Assembly (NCBI RefSeq): GCF_001194135.2
Contig: NC_068981.1
Span: forward strand, 21,536,087-21,600,086
DNA length: 64,000 bases
Direction: 5' to 3'
DNA from: Octopus bimaculoides
Lineage: Eukaryota
Part shown: one piece after another, positions 1 through 13,421 of the stretch
Position numbering within the stretch: the first letter of the stretch is position 1
How the letters are laid out: every line of letters starts with the position of its first letter
The notes under the pieces: model-generated
Told to the model about the DNA's origin: nothing
What the model saw: the letters and a program-made list of their open reading frames with translations, nothing else
Database searches by the model: none
Program-made: the position numbers and the translations under genes

Positions 1-867
1 ATTAAAACTATGTCATTGTTTAGTTGTCGAGTATTAAATTTGGAAACAGGATTGTCAAGTACAATCTCAACACTTTAAAGGTCAGTTTGTTGGCCAACTC
101 TAGATAAGCATCAATCACAATCACTGAAATTAATTATGGATTTGTTCTCTTTCATGAGGGCATTCATAAAATAATTCATTATTATTTTATTTCTATTTTT
201 CTTTCAGACTGATCTATTTTTCATTGTTGTTCTAAACAGTTTCCTCCTTTGGCAACTATGTCTTTCCCATTCCCAGTAATACTTTCAATTACTTTTGCTG
301 TTTATTTATTTATTTTTTTCAATATCTCATTCAATCTGAGAATGTTTAAATGCTATGTATCTTTGATTCTTAAATTTTCATTCTTCAAAAAATCATTTCC
401 ATTAAATATTTTTGTACCTGTTTTCAATCAAATTAGAAAAAAATCCCACTTGTTCTATTTTCAGATATCTACTCTTGAATTCTCTAAAAGTTTCTTTTTT
501 TTTTTTTTTTCAAAATCAGAAATATATTGATTTGAATTCCTATGTCTGACGTAGTTATAGTAATATTCCTGCTAACTGTGCCACATATCTATTGATATTT
601 ATGCTCAAAAGTAGAATTGGTCATGCCAAAAATGTTGTTGCTTTGACAATCATTACCCCATCATGAAAATGTAAATAGACTTGCAATTGCTAAAAAATTG
701 TGCTGTAATGGAAACNNNNNNNNNNNNNNNNNNNNNNNNNNNNNNNNNNNNNNNNNNNNNNNNNNNNNNNNNNNNNNNNNNNNNNNNNNNNNNNNNNNNN
801 NNNNNNNNNNNNNNNNNNNNNNNNNNNNNNNNNNNNNNNNNNNNNNNNNNNNNNNNNNNNNCTTTAG

Positions 868-968
868 AAAATCATAGAAAGCATGGAAGTGCTCAAGTCA
901 AACCAGAGACACTAGATAAATTCAGGAGATACAAGGAAGAAGTTCAACTCAGACAGACTTCGATTGGT
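868..968 (+). CDS. WDR59: WDR59 internal exon, (E)NHRKHGSAQVKPETLDKFRRYKEEVQLRQTSIG
   Basis: ctttag acceptor immediately after an N gap, so the tract is hidden. Open frame, GTATGC donor at 969 (phase 1 to 0), phase-compatible with the 3002 exon. Assignment rests on the chain, not on strong similarity of this low-conservation segment. An alternative donor at 967 is possible. Confidence 0.6.
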
Positions 969-1473
969 GTATGCATATATGTATTTAACACAAAGAATTC
1001 TCTAAAACATATATTAATACATTCAAAATATTGAGTTATAAAAATATAAAAATATATATGAATGTTAAAAATATGCAAGGACAAATAAATATATACATAT
1101 ATAAATATAATGGAGTATAGATAAAAATATAGATGAGGATAATAAAATATAGAAAGGCATTTCATTTTAAAATTATGGAATGCAGAGAGTAATAGATGTT
1201 TAAAAAGAAGGCTGGTGGGAGTTTTTTATTTTTTATTTTTTGAAATTATAACCAAGTGGCAATAAATTGTTGTACTATATAAAATGTTACTATGCGGGTT
1301 TTATAACGGCATCTATTAAATTTTATAATCCTAACACTAGAAATTTTAATAAACATGCTCCCTCTGTGCCCAAACACCTGGATGGGGTAACTCACTCTGA
1401 ATCTAGGAAAAGTCAAATTATATGGTTTGCCATCACCGTTTTCGGTGTTACCAGTTATGAGCTGCTGAGCAAA

Positions 1474-1816
1474 TGTAGGAGAAATAAAGATAAACACAAG
1501 TTTATATTATAGTTCTTACATGTGTTTCAACATTATGGTTGTTTGGAGCCCTGCAATAAGTGTTCCAAATGCTTTTAAATATTCAACCACAATGGATCAT
1601 TAAGAAACAGTATCAAGTTATTTATTGTAGTAAGTTACAGATAATTATGACCCTCGTCATCTGTAACATGTTACAATAAAGTGTACTTTGAGGATCCATT
1701 GTAGTTGAGCATCTAAATAAATAGGAACATCTATTGCAGGGCTCCAAACAACCATAAGAGTGAAACATGCATAGGAACTTTAATATAAACTTGTGTTTAT
1801 TCTTATCTTTCCTACA
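1474..1816. repeat. Long imperfect inverted repeat (MITE-like fold-back)
   Basis: Arms 1474-1642 and 1659-1816 around a 16-nt loop, read directly. Confidence 0.9.
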
Positions 1817-1817
1817 G

Positions 1818-1891
1818 AGTAATAATATTGAAACAGGAGATTGGAAAATTTTTTGTATTATTTTCCAATCTCCTGTTTTGATATTATTACT
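1818..1891 (+). repeat. 32-bp hairpin with 10-nt loop
   Basis: agtaataatattgaaacaggagattggaaaat pairs with attttccaatctcctgttttgatattattact. Confidence 0.92.
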
Positions 1892-3001
1892 TGGCAGAAA
1901 CTGTTTTCCACTTTTTTTTTTTTTAAAACTCTTAAGCATATCTTACACAAATATAACAACTACATACAGTTTTGGAGTACTGAATTAAGCAGAAGTGCTT
2001 CAAGAGGACACGGATTGGATTTTAACCCTATCTACATCTAATTTTTCCTATACACACACATACATAAATACATATATACACATACACTAGTGTGTGTGCA
2101 GGCATGTGTTTTGGTTTAGATAATATATATTAAACAAAATTTGGACCTTGTTATTTTCAGGTGCTATGCAAGTTGAGTGGAACCTTTTTGATTGTTATAA
2201 TAGAGAAAGCCATAATTTAGACAAAAACACTCTCGTGTCTGCTATATAAACACAATACGTATCTTTTTAATTTTCAGTTCTATTTAATTTTATTATTAAA
2301 GCTCAATATTTGGTATTTGTAAAAAGTTAATCTTCTTTCCTGTATTATATTCTGTTTAAATTTAGAGTTTGTCATTTCCCCTCTAAAATTGTTTCACCTC
2401 ATCTGGCCTTCTTGTCTTTCTTATATTTTCAATTAAACCATTTCTGTTTTCTGTTACAGTGGGCTTTTATAATTATCATTATATTTTATTTTTGGAGAAT
2501 GCCACCCCTACTGTTTGTTATTTTGATTAAAACAGCTTTTAATTTGATGTACATTAAAAAAACTATCCTCTTTACAAAGGTCCCTTATCTTGGACACTGC
2601 AGACATTAACCCGTTTCTTCTGGTAATTGTCCAGATTAGTTGTTCTTTCTCAATCTTTATGGTTGACCACTGTAAGATTTGTTCTTATATTTTCTATATC
2701 TTCTGGCAAGAATATTTCTCTCTTTTCACAATAGACTATATATTGAGTTTGTGTGTGTGTATTCTTTTTTCCTTTTACTTATTTCAGTTACAGTCATTGG
2801 CCTGCAGCCACACATATATATATATATATGTATATAATATATCACCATCATCATATATCACCATTGTCCAATATATATATATAATATATATGTGTGTGTA
2901 TGTGTGTGTGTGTGCAAGAGTACACACATACTTCAATTTTTAACTCTTTCAATGCCAAGACATTTTTTTTTTATGATTTCTCTGTCCTTTTTCTTCTGCA
3001 G

Positions 3002-3059
3002 TACAGCCCATATCACACAGTTACTTCTGCCACAAATCTCTTGAAGGGCGGGGCACCCA
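3002..3059 (+). CDS. WDR59: WDR59 internal exon, YSPYHTVTSATNLLKGGAP
   Basis: Strong acceptor tttctctgtcctttttcttctgcag and donor GTAAGT at 3060; phase 0 to 1. The SPYHT motif is one I recall from invertebrate WDR59 just upstream of RSNSWS. Confidence 0.7.
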
Positions 3060-4901
3060 GTAAGTGCCATAAAGTAATAGTAATAGTAATATTAGTGATG
3101 GCATTACTACTACTTTGAAATAAAACAAAAGTATCACTATATTAAAGTAGATGTGAACACAGTTGTTGTAGTAGAAGTAGTAGTAATTATAATAATATTG
3201 CTACTACTTTATGTCTTGCATGCAAAAAAAAATTGTGTGTGTATCTCTCTTGTTGTTTTAGATGCTATGCTTTTTAATAAGTTTCTTACTTACCAAGCTT
3301 AAATTTTCCTACCTTACCTCAGATATAACACTTTTGTATGCCAGTCCCAATATGTGTTTGATATCACCTCTCGTTTCTTTCACATTTATATGTACAGTAG
3401 TTTTATTTAACTTTGTCAGCATGCTTAGTAAAATCTATTTGTAATTATGTATTTCCTCGTGTAAAACTCCTTTAACTAAACATTTACTGTTGTAGTGTTT
3501 CTTTCTATTTCATTCCACAGAAAAGACATGGTTATCATTAGAACTTGTGGTTGTTTTGTTCTAGACATCTAATCTCCAGTCTTAGAGTTAGACTACATTT
3601 GGTCTGGAAGAATTAAGTCAATATAAATTTTTTAGACAGTAGTTTGTGGATGAAATATCTAAACAAAACCAAAATATGAATTTACAAAAATCTAAGATTT
3701 TTGACATGAGTTCAGCATACAGTTTTTCCCTGTAAATGGAATTATGAGAATTGATGCGGATAATTTTACTAAATGATATGAAATTTATTATTAAACTGTA
3801 TCAAGTCTAACTGATTATCCTGTGTTCAATTCTAGTTTAATATACTGTTTCACTCCATTCCCTTAGTTTACAGTTTCTTTGGGGGAGTTTGGTTAAACAA
3901 ATTTATCTGACTAAACCAAAGTAAATTTAATATTTGCTTGGTTGCTTATTAGGCCCTTCTCACTAATTGATCTATGTGATGACAATCTCTTACCTTCTCC
4001 ACCATCACCACCATTTTGATTATATGATTTGAAATTGCTTTAGTTCACAGTTCAAAAGTATATTAAAGTAGATTATGGTTAATGGCATCAAATTAATGTG
4101 ATCAGTGATGTTAGATTAATGCAGCCATTGACATCAAATCAGTGCAGTCATTAACGTCAGCTTAATGAGGTGGAGGGTATCAGATCAATGCGGTCTATAA
4201 TATAAAATCAATATGGTCAGTGTCACTAGATCAATATGTCTTGTTCTAACATATAAATGACATATAATTGATAATGATGAACATGAAATATTTTCACTAG
4301 TAGAAGTCTCAAAAGTTTACTGACTTAATTTAAAAGATACTTGATTTTATTGGAATTAAAAAAATATATAATGAATTAGTAGTTACGTTCTGTATTTGAC
4401 CTAACTATAACACTGTAGTTTTAACATATCTTAATATGAGTCTAATATATTTTGCTCTAACCATAGTTATTTTAACATACAATAATACCATTTACACTAC
4501 CAATCTAACTTTATTGGTTTAACTGTTCTTATGTTATTTTGCCAAAATGTTGATATTAATATAAATGCGATTTTATTATGCTTTGATGTTGTTTTATCAT
4601 CAGTCATCTTCATCAATATTTTGACATCCATGCTGTTTGACCAAGATAGTTGTGGCATACAGTTTATCAATCTTTATCTTTTCTGTAAGTTCAAACATTC
4701 TGAGATCTAATCTCACCACTTCTTCCTATGTCACTGTGTCTCATTTTAAGTCCTTCAACTGAAATGGCAGTATGACTAGATGTCTTAATACCATCTGACT
4801 CTTACAAACAGCCTGGTTGAGTATTTCATCACTTATTTATTTACAGTATAAATAATCTGCACAATATATATAGTGACATTGAACTAGTGCATTGTATAGA
4901 T

Positions 4902-5371
4902 CAGTGTTTCTCAACCTTTTTACCCTTGCGTAACCCTTAAAATAAATTACATGTCTCAAAGAACCCCTGCACAAAAAATATACCATATCTTTCTCATTTT
5001 TTCATCATAATTCACATGGTAAATATCATATATATGTATCATATATATATATATATTTGGTTGGTATATTTTTTGATAATAGGTTAGATAGGATATCTAT
5101 ATTACAATAACCAGAGAAACTGTCATATAGACATTAATTTATTTGAGCAAATTCAGTTCTGTATAATATCAAATTCCTTGCACCTACAATTCTTTCCATG
5201 CCCAATTAATTCAATTTAAGGAATATGTTGTACATGCATAGTAATATCACGGTCATGAAATTAGCATTAGCTTATCTCACTCTTTCCCGCGAAACCCCTA
5301 GGAAGCTTTTGTGGAACCCTAGGGTTCCGGGGAACCCTAGGGTTCCGGGGAACCCCGGTTGAGAAATGCTG
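4902..5371. mobile_element. Non-autonomous hAT (Charlie-like) MITE
   Basis: TIRs CAGTGTTTCTCAACC ... GGTTGAGAAATGCTG. 8-bp TSD gtatagat (4894-4901) / gtgtagat (5372-5379). Subterminal palindrome GGAACCCTAGGGTTCC occurs twice. Confidence 0.85.
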
Positions 5372-8300
5372 GTGTAGATATTAATATTTATGTATGTATG
5401 TATGTATGCATGTATGTATGCATGTATGTATGTATGTGTTTATGATCTAATATGCTGCTGATACTTACATCTTCATTTACTAAGATGGTGAAGAAATAAA
5501 ATCAGGGTTGATAAGGGTTCTGTTCTCTATCATTGTTGCTTCTGCTTTTCACTGTATAACATTGCACTGGATATTTAAAAACATTCTTTACTAAGAAAGT
5601 TTTGCTCGTAAATATTGCTGCTGCTGAAAACACTATTCCAACTTAATCCTAACTTCATAGATGTTTAATATGGCATTCATAATTTTGTTGAGCTACATCA
5701 TGTCATGCTAGCTCAGGCATGTGTCAAAACCACTTTCCTTCTATATATCACTTGCTATCATTAGTCAGTGAAAATTGATGATTTCTTCCCTCTATGAACA
5801 ATATATTGTTCTCTCTATAGTCTCAACAATACTTACTCGTATCATCTCTAGTCTGATCAAAACTCTCTGCAGAGATACCCAGCTTTGCCCATGTCACATG
5901 GAATTGAAGAATTAGACTTTTATTTTATATTTTCTCTAATGAACTGGAATAGCTATGATTCGAATTTCATCAAAATTGCAGATTAAGGATTTTAATGAGG
6001 ATTCTTTCCTTCTTTACATGCCCTAATAAAAATTCTAATCATGACATATTTATCCCATACTACTCATCTTTATGCCCAGATTCTAAAATCAAAATCTTAT
6101 GAAACCTATTGAAAGGTTTTTGCTCCTGCAAAATGGAGGACATGGAGCTCTAAAATGCGGAAGTTAAGGCCCTTATTGCATGTGGGTGGGGGGCATCTTA
6201 AAGTCAACCAGAGAAGTTGAATTGTTGGGAATCTTTTTTAACTTGGGTCTTATATTTATTGTTCAAATTTCTTTGAAATCGGAAATATATGACTGTTCAA
6301 TGGGTTTGTAAAAGAGAGCAAAGCTACAGTAAACCAAGAGATGAATGATCACAATAAGCAGTCAGCTACCCTACCCTAGTTGTTACCACTCCCCAATGTA
6401 GGATTCCTCACCATACAGGTGACAGGCACAGCCGTAAGATCCATTATAGATCTATAGCAATTGGAAGGGCGTGACCCAACTGAAATATTAACAACTGTGT
6501 GACATGAGGGGTAAGGGGAAATGAAAGTATTGCCTCTGAAGTTTGCCAATCATCATTATGCCAATAGGTAACTAGACAGAATAAATTTGCAATCTATAAA
6601 TCTCTTTGAATGACCAGTCATTTATTTGGGAAGGCCTTGAAATCAGTGTTACCGTCTGGGGACTATCTCTTACCCATTGATAATAAAAAGACTGAAAGGA
6701 GGTCTGCAACCAAATAACTTTACTCAAAATAACGCTTTCCAACTGGACCAATGCAGGCAAAGATGTCTCTCCTTTACTTGACAATTTATGCACCATATTG
6801 CAGAAATCACAATCTAAGTATATCTCAAAGCAAACTCAGTGTTGTACCATTGAATTATAAATAATGTTCATCTTGTATGCTCGAGTGACTCTACAGCTTC
6901 CAAGAGTACAATTGTATTCATTTTGGCTTAGGAAAAATGACTAAATTGTAAGGGTTAAGCCCCTATTAGGGTGTCTTACTAACTCTTAAGAAGCTGAAAT
7001 TTTAGAAATATTACTTCATTTCTTTTTTTTTTGTTTAGTATCTATGGTTAAAATTTCATCAACAGCAAAAATAGATGAATTTTCATGGGGGTTATGACCT
7101 CATTTATGCCCCCTTCACTTTCAAACATATACTGCATTACATCAGGTGTTTGTAAACCGAGGTACTACTGTATGAAATGAATATGAGAAAGACAGGAGAT
7201 AAAGTACAATTTATCTGTAATCATATATATATACATATATAACAGAAATCTGTCTTGGTCTTAAAGAATAACTTAAATGATGGCAACTGTTGTGCCCTTA
7301 AGGAATAATAATGTCAATGTCTTAGCAGTAGTTTAACTTAGTTTGCTATCTCTGTCTAAAACAAACAAATACTTTACAAAACAGGTTTTTTCCTAAACAA
7401 AGTTTTAACCGCTTATTAATATAAAGTCTTCTTAATTAAAACAGTATTTAACTCTTTGAAAATTTACTGCTGTGTGGCTGAGTTTATCATTCTAATGTCC
7501 CCACCACTCATCTATAGAATAAGTTCAATTGCTTATTCATTTAAAATCTAAAATGTTATATATTCCCCATCCCTTCTTTTATGTTTTTAGAATCAGCAAG
7601 TTTGGAACAAAATATTTATATGTTGTTCTTTATTTTAATTACTTAATAGTTTTCAGGGATTGCTTTTTTTTTTCACTGGTAAAGTTTGAGGTTTTTATAG
7701 TTTAACCCATTTGTTACCATATTTCTGTTGAAATACACTGGCTTTTGTTTGAAATAATTTAGAAAATAATGAAGAATTAGTTAAAATAAATTCTGCTTTT
7801 GTTAAACTGGTGTTTGGACTATAAAGTAACATGAAATTTTGAAGGAATATTTTAATTTAGATTTCTTTAAAACATGAATTTTTTTTTTTTATCAAAGAAG
7901 GAGAGGCAATCCCAGCCAGGTTGGTATCAAATGAGTTAAAGAAACATTTATAGAAATGTAGACAGTTTAAAACATTTGTAAAAATTTTAAAAAACTATTT
8001 CTTGTTTATTGTGAAAATTATTTTAAGATATAACTTTTAAAATGGTGCAAATTGTTGCATGTACATACCTCCAGTTGAAGTATGACCAGTTGCATGTACA
8101 TAACTGTAGTGTAGCTACAGAAGGTGCAACCTGCATGTACATATCATCAGCTGTAGTGCAACCAGTTGAATGTTTATAACACCAGCAAACTGTTGCATAT
8201 ATATATAGCACTACCGCTAGTGCAGCCGCTTTCAGGTACTTGGCACCAACTGTAGTGCTGACTGCTGCATGTACATAACACGCATCAACTTTAGTGCAGT

Positions 8301-8390
8301 CAGTTGCATGTACCCAATATTTGTTCATTCACTTCCTTTTTATCTAGTTCTTTCTTTTCTCTCCACTTCACATGTTCTCCATTGTATGTT

Positions 8391-8453
<63 letters not shown>

Positions 8454-9318
8454 ATGTATATAACACTGTGTAACATGATTTTTGTCCTTGGGTAGCAACT
8501 GTTATTTCCTATTTGCTTACCCCTAGAAAGTGTGAAAAATGGCTAATATTTCCTTCAGAATTTGCTTTTGATACATTTATTCAAACCCCATAGAATTCCT
8601 TTCAACACCTGTCTATGATACTCCACTACTACTTCTGCTCATGATCAGAGATGCACATATTGTCAGCCACTAAAGAACATGCTCAAGTAGTTAAGGTCAA
8701 GCAACTGACAAGTAAATCTATGGTATTGAGCAGAACATTTGCTACAACGATATTTCTGCTTCAACAACTCAGTGCTGAATCTGATGTCCAGGTCACAAAA
8801 GCAAAGTTTGAAGGGAATAATAGTCATTTCCTTTGATTTCTAGATAGAAGCAAATAGGAAATAACACTTACTGACCAAAGATAAGAAAAGCAAACATTTT
8901 GTTACACAGTGTAATCAGTCAGTGAATCATTAACTGTTTACCTATAAATATAGACTCGATAGACTATATTAAGTGCTCTTTTCTATGTGCTTACATAAAT
9001 CCATGTGTGTGCGAGTGTGTACACATATATGAACAGAAAACATGACTGATATTTTATGCTTTATGTAATGTACTTCTACTTCAGTGAGCTGAGCATTTTT
9101 AATGATAATGCTGATAAAGTGAGCCGGCTGTGTTGTGTTGCATTATAGGGCCTACTGGCTTGCCAAAACACATGTACCAGTCCTCTTGTCCCGTCTCTAT
9201 GCATACATGGACTCCACATACTAGTCTATCTGGAGTTATGATGGATGCCCAGACCTTCTGGTAGTGTGTCAGACCTTTCAACACACCTTTTAAAGTGTAC
9301 TCTCTCTCTCTCTTTCTG

Positions 9319-9351
<33 letters not shown>

Positions 9352-9855
9352 AAATTGGAAATGTAAAAATAAAAAACAAAACACAAAGGATTCTGTGGTA
9401 CATGTGTTTCAAGCTTTATAGTTGTTGCATCATTATTGGTATATAATTGATAGTATAAAGCTATCTTCAGCCGCAAATGTATTCTTTCCCAAGAATTATA
9501 TCACAAAGAAGTTAAAGGAGGATATATNNNNNNNNNNNNNNNNNNNNNNNNNNNNNNNNNNNNNNNNNNNNNNNNNNNNNNNNNNNNNNNNNNNNNNNNN
9601 NNNNNNNNNNNNNNNNNNNNNNNNNNNNNNNNNNNNNNNNNNNNNNNNNNNNNNNNNNNNNNNNNNNNNNNNNNNNNNNNNNNNNNNNNNNNNNNNNNNN
9701 NNNNNNNNNNNNNNNNATATATATATATATATATATATATACCATAATCAGCCATCAGTTTCAAGGTAGCTCTGACTGTCAGTGTGTCACTGCAGCCCCT
9801 GCATCATCTCCAGGTGCCTCTGTTTCATAGATAGACATCTCCAGATATCAGTATT

Positions 9856-9896
<41 letters not shown>

Positions 9897-10049
9897 ATGT
9901 TTCTTTATTGCGTCTTTGTAGGAGAGTGGAAGTGTTGATCAGTGTCAATCGATAATCAGGTGCTGAAATGATAGTAATTGGCACAATTGGATATAACTTT
10001 TCCATTTATTGTACATGTCAAGATTGCATGGATCTAGCTCTTTTGGCTG

Positions 10050-10660
10050 TTGGTAAGACTAGCTTTATGTAGAATGATGGTGTCTGGTAATCCTATTATG
10101 TCGACCCTTCACTGACTGGACTCAAGTGATGAGATTGATGTGGTTAGTGTTCACTTGAGCACCTCTAGATTGACTATGATGAAGAAATTACTCAAAAGAA
10201 TAAATAAGGTTTAAACTGCACTAATAAGAATGAAAAAGATCCTCATCTCAAAAGACATAACGCTACACCTAAGATTGAGGCTAGTAAACTATTATATTAT
10301 GCCAGTAGTCATGTCAGCTGTCATGTACACACAGCAATGGAAAAGAAGATATGAAACAAAGAAGATATGGATCTTTTGCAGATTGGGCAGCACAGTAAGC
10401 TGGAAAGTCAGGCTAACAAACCTGCAGTACAAGAAAAGCTCAAGTCCACAAAGCCATCATATTTTGGATATACAATGTGCCAAGACCATCCTGAAAGGGA
10501 AGAGAGCAAGAGGTCATCAAAGATGATTGTAGTCTGATGATGTCAAAGAATGGACTGGAAACATGAGTGTAGCTGACTGTGTGCTTGCAGTACAATACAG
10601 AGGTAACTGGAGAGTGTTTGCAAGCCAATCCCTGGACATAGAAGGGCACTTGGCTGATAA
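10050..10660 (+). mobile_element. Old RTE-like LINE 3' remnant
   Basis: Degenerate LRLRLVNYYIMPVV, GKRARG and W.DDVKEW type segments typical of the RTE C-terminus. Confidence 0.65.
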
Positions 10661-11151
10661 GGTTAACATCTGCATGAAAAAAAAATGAATTTAGGAAAGA
10701 GAATTCCATGGGATTACAGTTTAGGAATTATGGATCTTGGTGATGAGACACAGTAGAAGCAATGAGAGGAGAGAAAAGAGATTCAGGTGGGCCAGGTTGG
10801 TGTTGGTAAGGATATGTAGTTAACTAGTTCAGAAGCGCAGAGGCAGGCCATTATAATATTAGGAGGATGAATACAGGACATTTCTGTGCTAGCGCAACAG
10901 AAACAGGTATGTTAGTTGTAATATAACATGGAATGGATCTTGCTTCAGTTTTGTAGAATCAGCAGCTGTTAAAGAAAGGCAAGTCTTTGAGATGGAGTTT
11001 TGGCAATATTGTGTGTGTATTGTTTCAAGTGGTGTACAGATTTTGCATATTAAGAAAAAAGGCAGTAGTTAGAATTTTGAATGGTTATTTATTTAGCACT
11101 TTCATTTTGTTTTGGAGTGTCATGAGAACTGATATTACAGAAAATGTATGC

Positions 11152-11228
<77 letters not shown>

Positions 11229-11929
11229 ATACCAACAGCTCCATAAAGAAGTGTCAATTTCTCAAAGTGGATGGAACTTGTAGAAGAGGGAAACCCTGGA
11301 AGACATGAGATGAAGTACCAAAGGACAAACTCAGGATGCTGAGCCTTTCAGATGAGATGACAAAGAACTGAGATACCTGGCACCTTGCTGTACTCAAGAA
11401 AACTTGTCCTCCACAGCAGAAGTGTTAAGGCTATGCCCCCTGGATTGGCCTGTAAGAGTCCTGTACCAGTACCATGTAAAAACTACTCCTGCCAGCACCA
11501 TGTAAAAGCACTCATGCTAGTGCCACATTAAAAGCACTCAGCACACTTTGTAAAGTGGTTGACATTAGGAAGGACTGGAACCTGGTGCAGATCTCCAGCC
11601 TGCCAGCTCTGGTCAAACCATCAAACCCATGCCAGCCTGGAAAATGGACGTTAAAGGATGATGGTGATGATGTGTGTGCTAACTGAAAAACGTCTGGCGT
11701 TGAATAGGGAAGAATGTGTATGTGTGTATGCATGTGCATATGTAGAAGTAAATGCACACACACATTCAAATATTATCTTTAATCATGAGGCATGTTTTGT
11801 TATCTTGCTTATAAGTTTTCCTGCTGGCCACACAACAGTTGGAAGTGAGACAATTGTCCGTCTCTTCAGAGGAAGAAACAGATTATTGAATTTCTATAAT
11901 TTTGCATTATAAGTGAGTTTTTTTTTTGT

Positions 11930-12350
11930 TCTATATGCTGATGACCTGCTTCTCATGGCTGTATTTGTCAAACATTTAGAGAAAAAGCTTCCAAATATGG
12001 AAGTAAAGTCTAAAATCAACAGGCCTCAAAATATAACTATGTAAACAAAAGTTTTAGTTTGCAGCAAATTATACTGCCATTTAGGAAATGGCTGTACTAA
12101 ATATGCAGACAATGGATGAATAAGAATTTCATATAATGTAACCAGTTAAACTATGAATGTACAAGATGTGTTGTGGAATTATGGAGAGTCTGGTAGAAGG
12201 AAGACTTTCTATGTAGCAGACACAAAGAAAATTACTTGCAGTAGGAGCATCCAGGAAATAACTTTCAGATGCTCAGAATGTTCATAACTTTTGTTACCTA
12301 GTTAATATCTTTTCAGTGGAAGTGAGGGTTCAGAAAACATAATAGCCTGA
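11930..12350 (+). mobile_element. Old RTE LINE RT remnant
   Basis: ctatatgctgatgacctg (YADD motif) and downstream similarity to 58980-59400. Confidence 0.7.
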
Positions 12351-12502
12351 GCACAGAAGTATTAAATGTTCAGGAAGCTATTATTCCTGTTTATAAAGGG
12401 ATTACTCTCTCTCTCTCTCTCTCTCTGAGTGAAGGATAGGTTATAAAATGCTTGCAATATAAAGTGAGATTTTGCATGATAGTGAAGCATATGTATTGAA
12501 TT

Positions 12503-13421
12503 ACTAGCTGACGTACCCGGTAATTCTCGGGAAAGTGGGGCTTATCCCTTGGTTCCATTCTCATAATTGTTTCGCTAATCCAATAACAACAATGCAAAGT
12601 ATGTAGCCCTTAAAACAGTTTTTTCACATTTACAGAGAATACTGAACTGTCTTACACAGGATCTTGTTTTTAGGAATTCCCAATAAGTTATGAATACCCA
12701 AATTGTGAAGTCAGTTATGTAATAATATGAAATTAGTTACCAGATAGTAAGAATTCAAATAAAGTAGCCCCAAAAAGGGCTTTAATGCATTCCCAGAGTA
12801 TATAGAACATAGGAAGAAATACTAATAAGGTGTGTATACGAAAATTGTGAAGCATGTTACGTAATAACAGACTAATTAGATATGAGATAATAACAATTCA
12901 AAGTAAATAACTCTGAAAAGAGCTTTTGTGCGTTCCCAGAGAATATTACCCTCAGGGGCGCTAATGTTGGTATATTCGTGAATAAGTCACTAACCGAAAT
13001 AAGTGGATCTATTGTTTAGGAAAATACTATTTACTTGTTTAAAGGTTGTACAGGATAAATTGTGAAAATAACTCTAACAGTTCAAATACTATGAAATAAG
13101 CATACTCAATTTCATTTTTACCAAATAATTTAGGAAAACGAATGGGTTATTTCCCTTGACTATATATAAGGATCCCTTTCAGGGGCGAATGGGTTTTTTC
13201 CCTTGGTTTTTAAAATAAAATATATTAGATATATATAAGGATCCCTTCCAGGGGCCCTATTATCGAATTTTTTCCCCAATCTGAGTATGCCATGAGGTTT
13301 CCAGACATGAGTTCTACTCACGTGTCAAGTTTCATCAAAACTGATAAAACGACGTAGGAGGAGTTAGCTAACAATTCCACAAACACACTTACAGACAGAA
13401 TTTCCCACATATGTAGTAGAT
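12503..13421 (+). mobile_element. Helitron/Helentron-like non-autonomous element
   Basis: Starts ACTAGCTGACGTACCCGG and ends ...acaaacacacttacagacag...atgtagtagat. Contains a caagtttcatcaaaa motif, internal subrepeats and higher CpG than its flanks. Classified from resemblance to HINE/DINE-like elements. Confidence 0.55.

Noticed and set aside
8040-8320. Repeat-spacer pattern superficially like a CRISPR array
   Set aside because: Eukaryotic intron, conserved core of only 9-12 bp, irregular and mutually similar spacers, and no cas genes.
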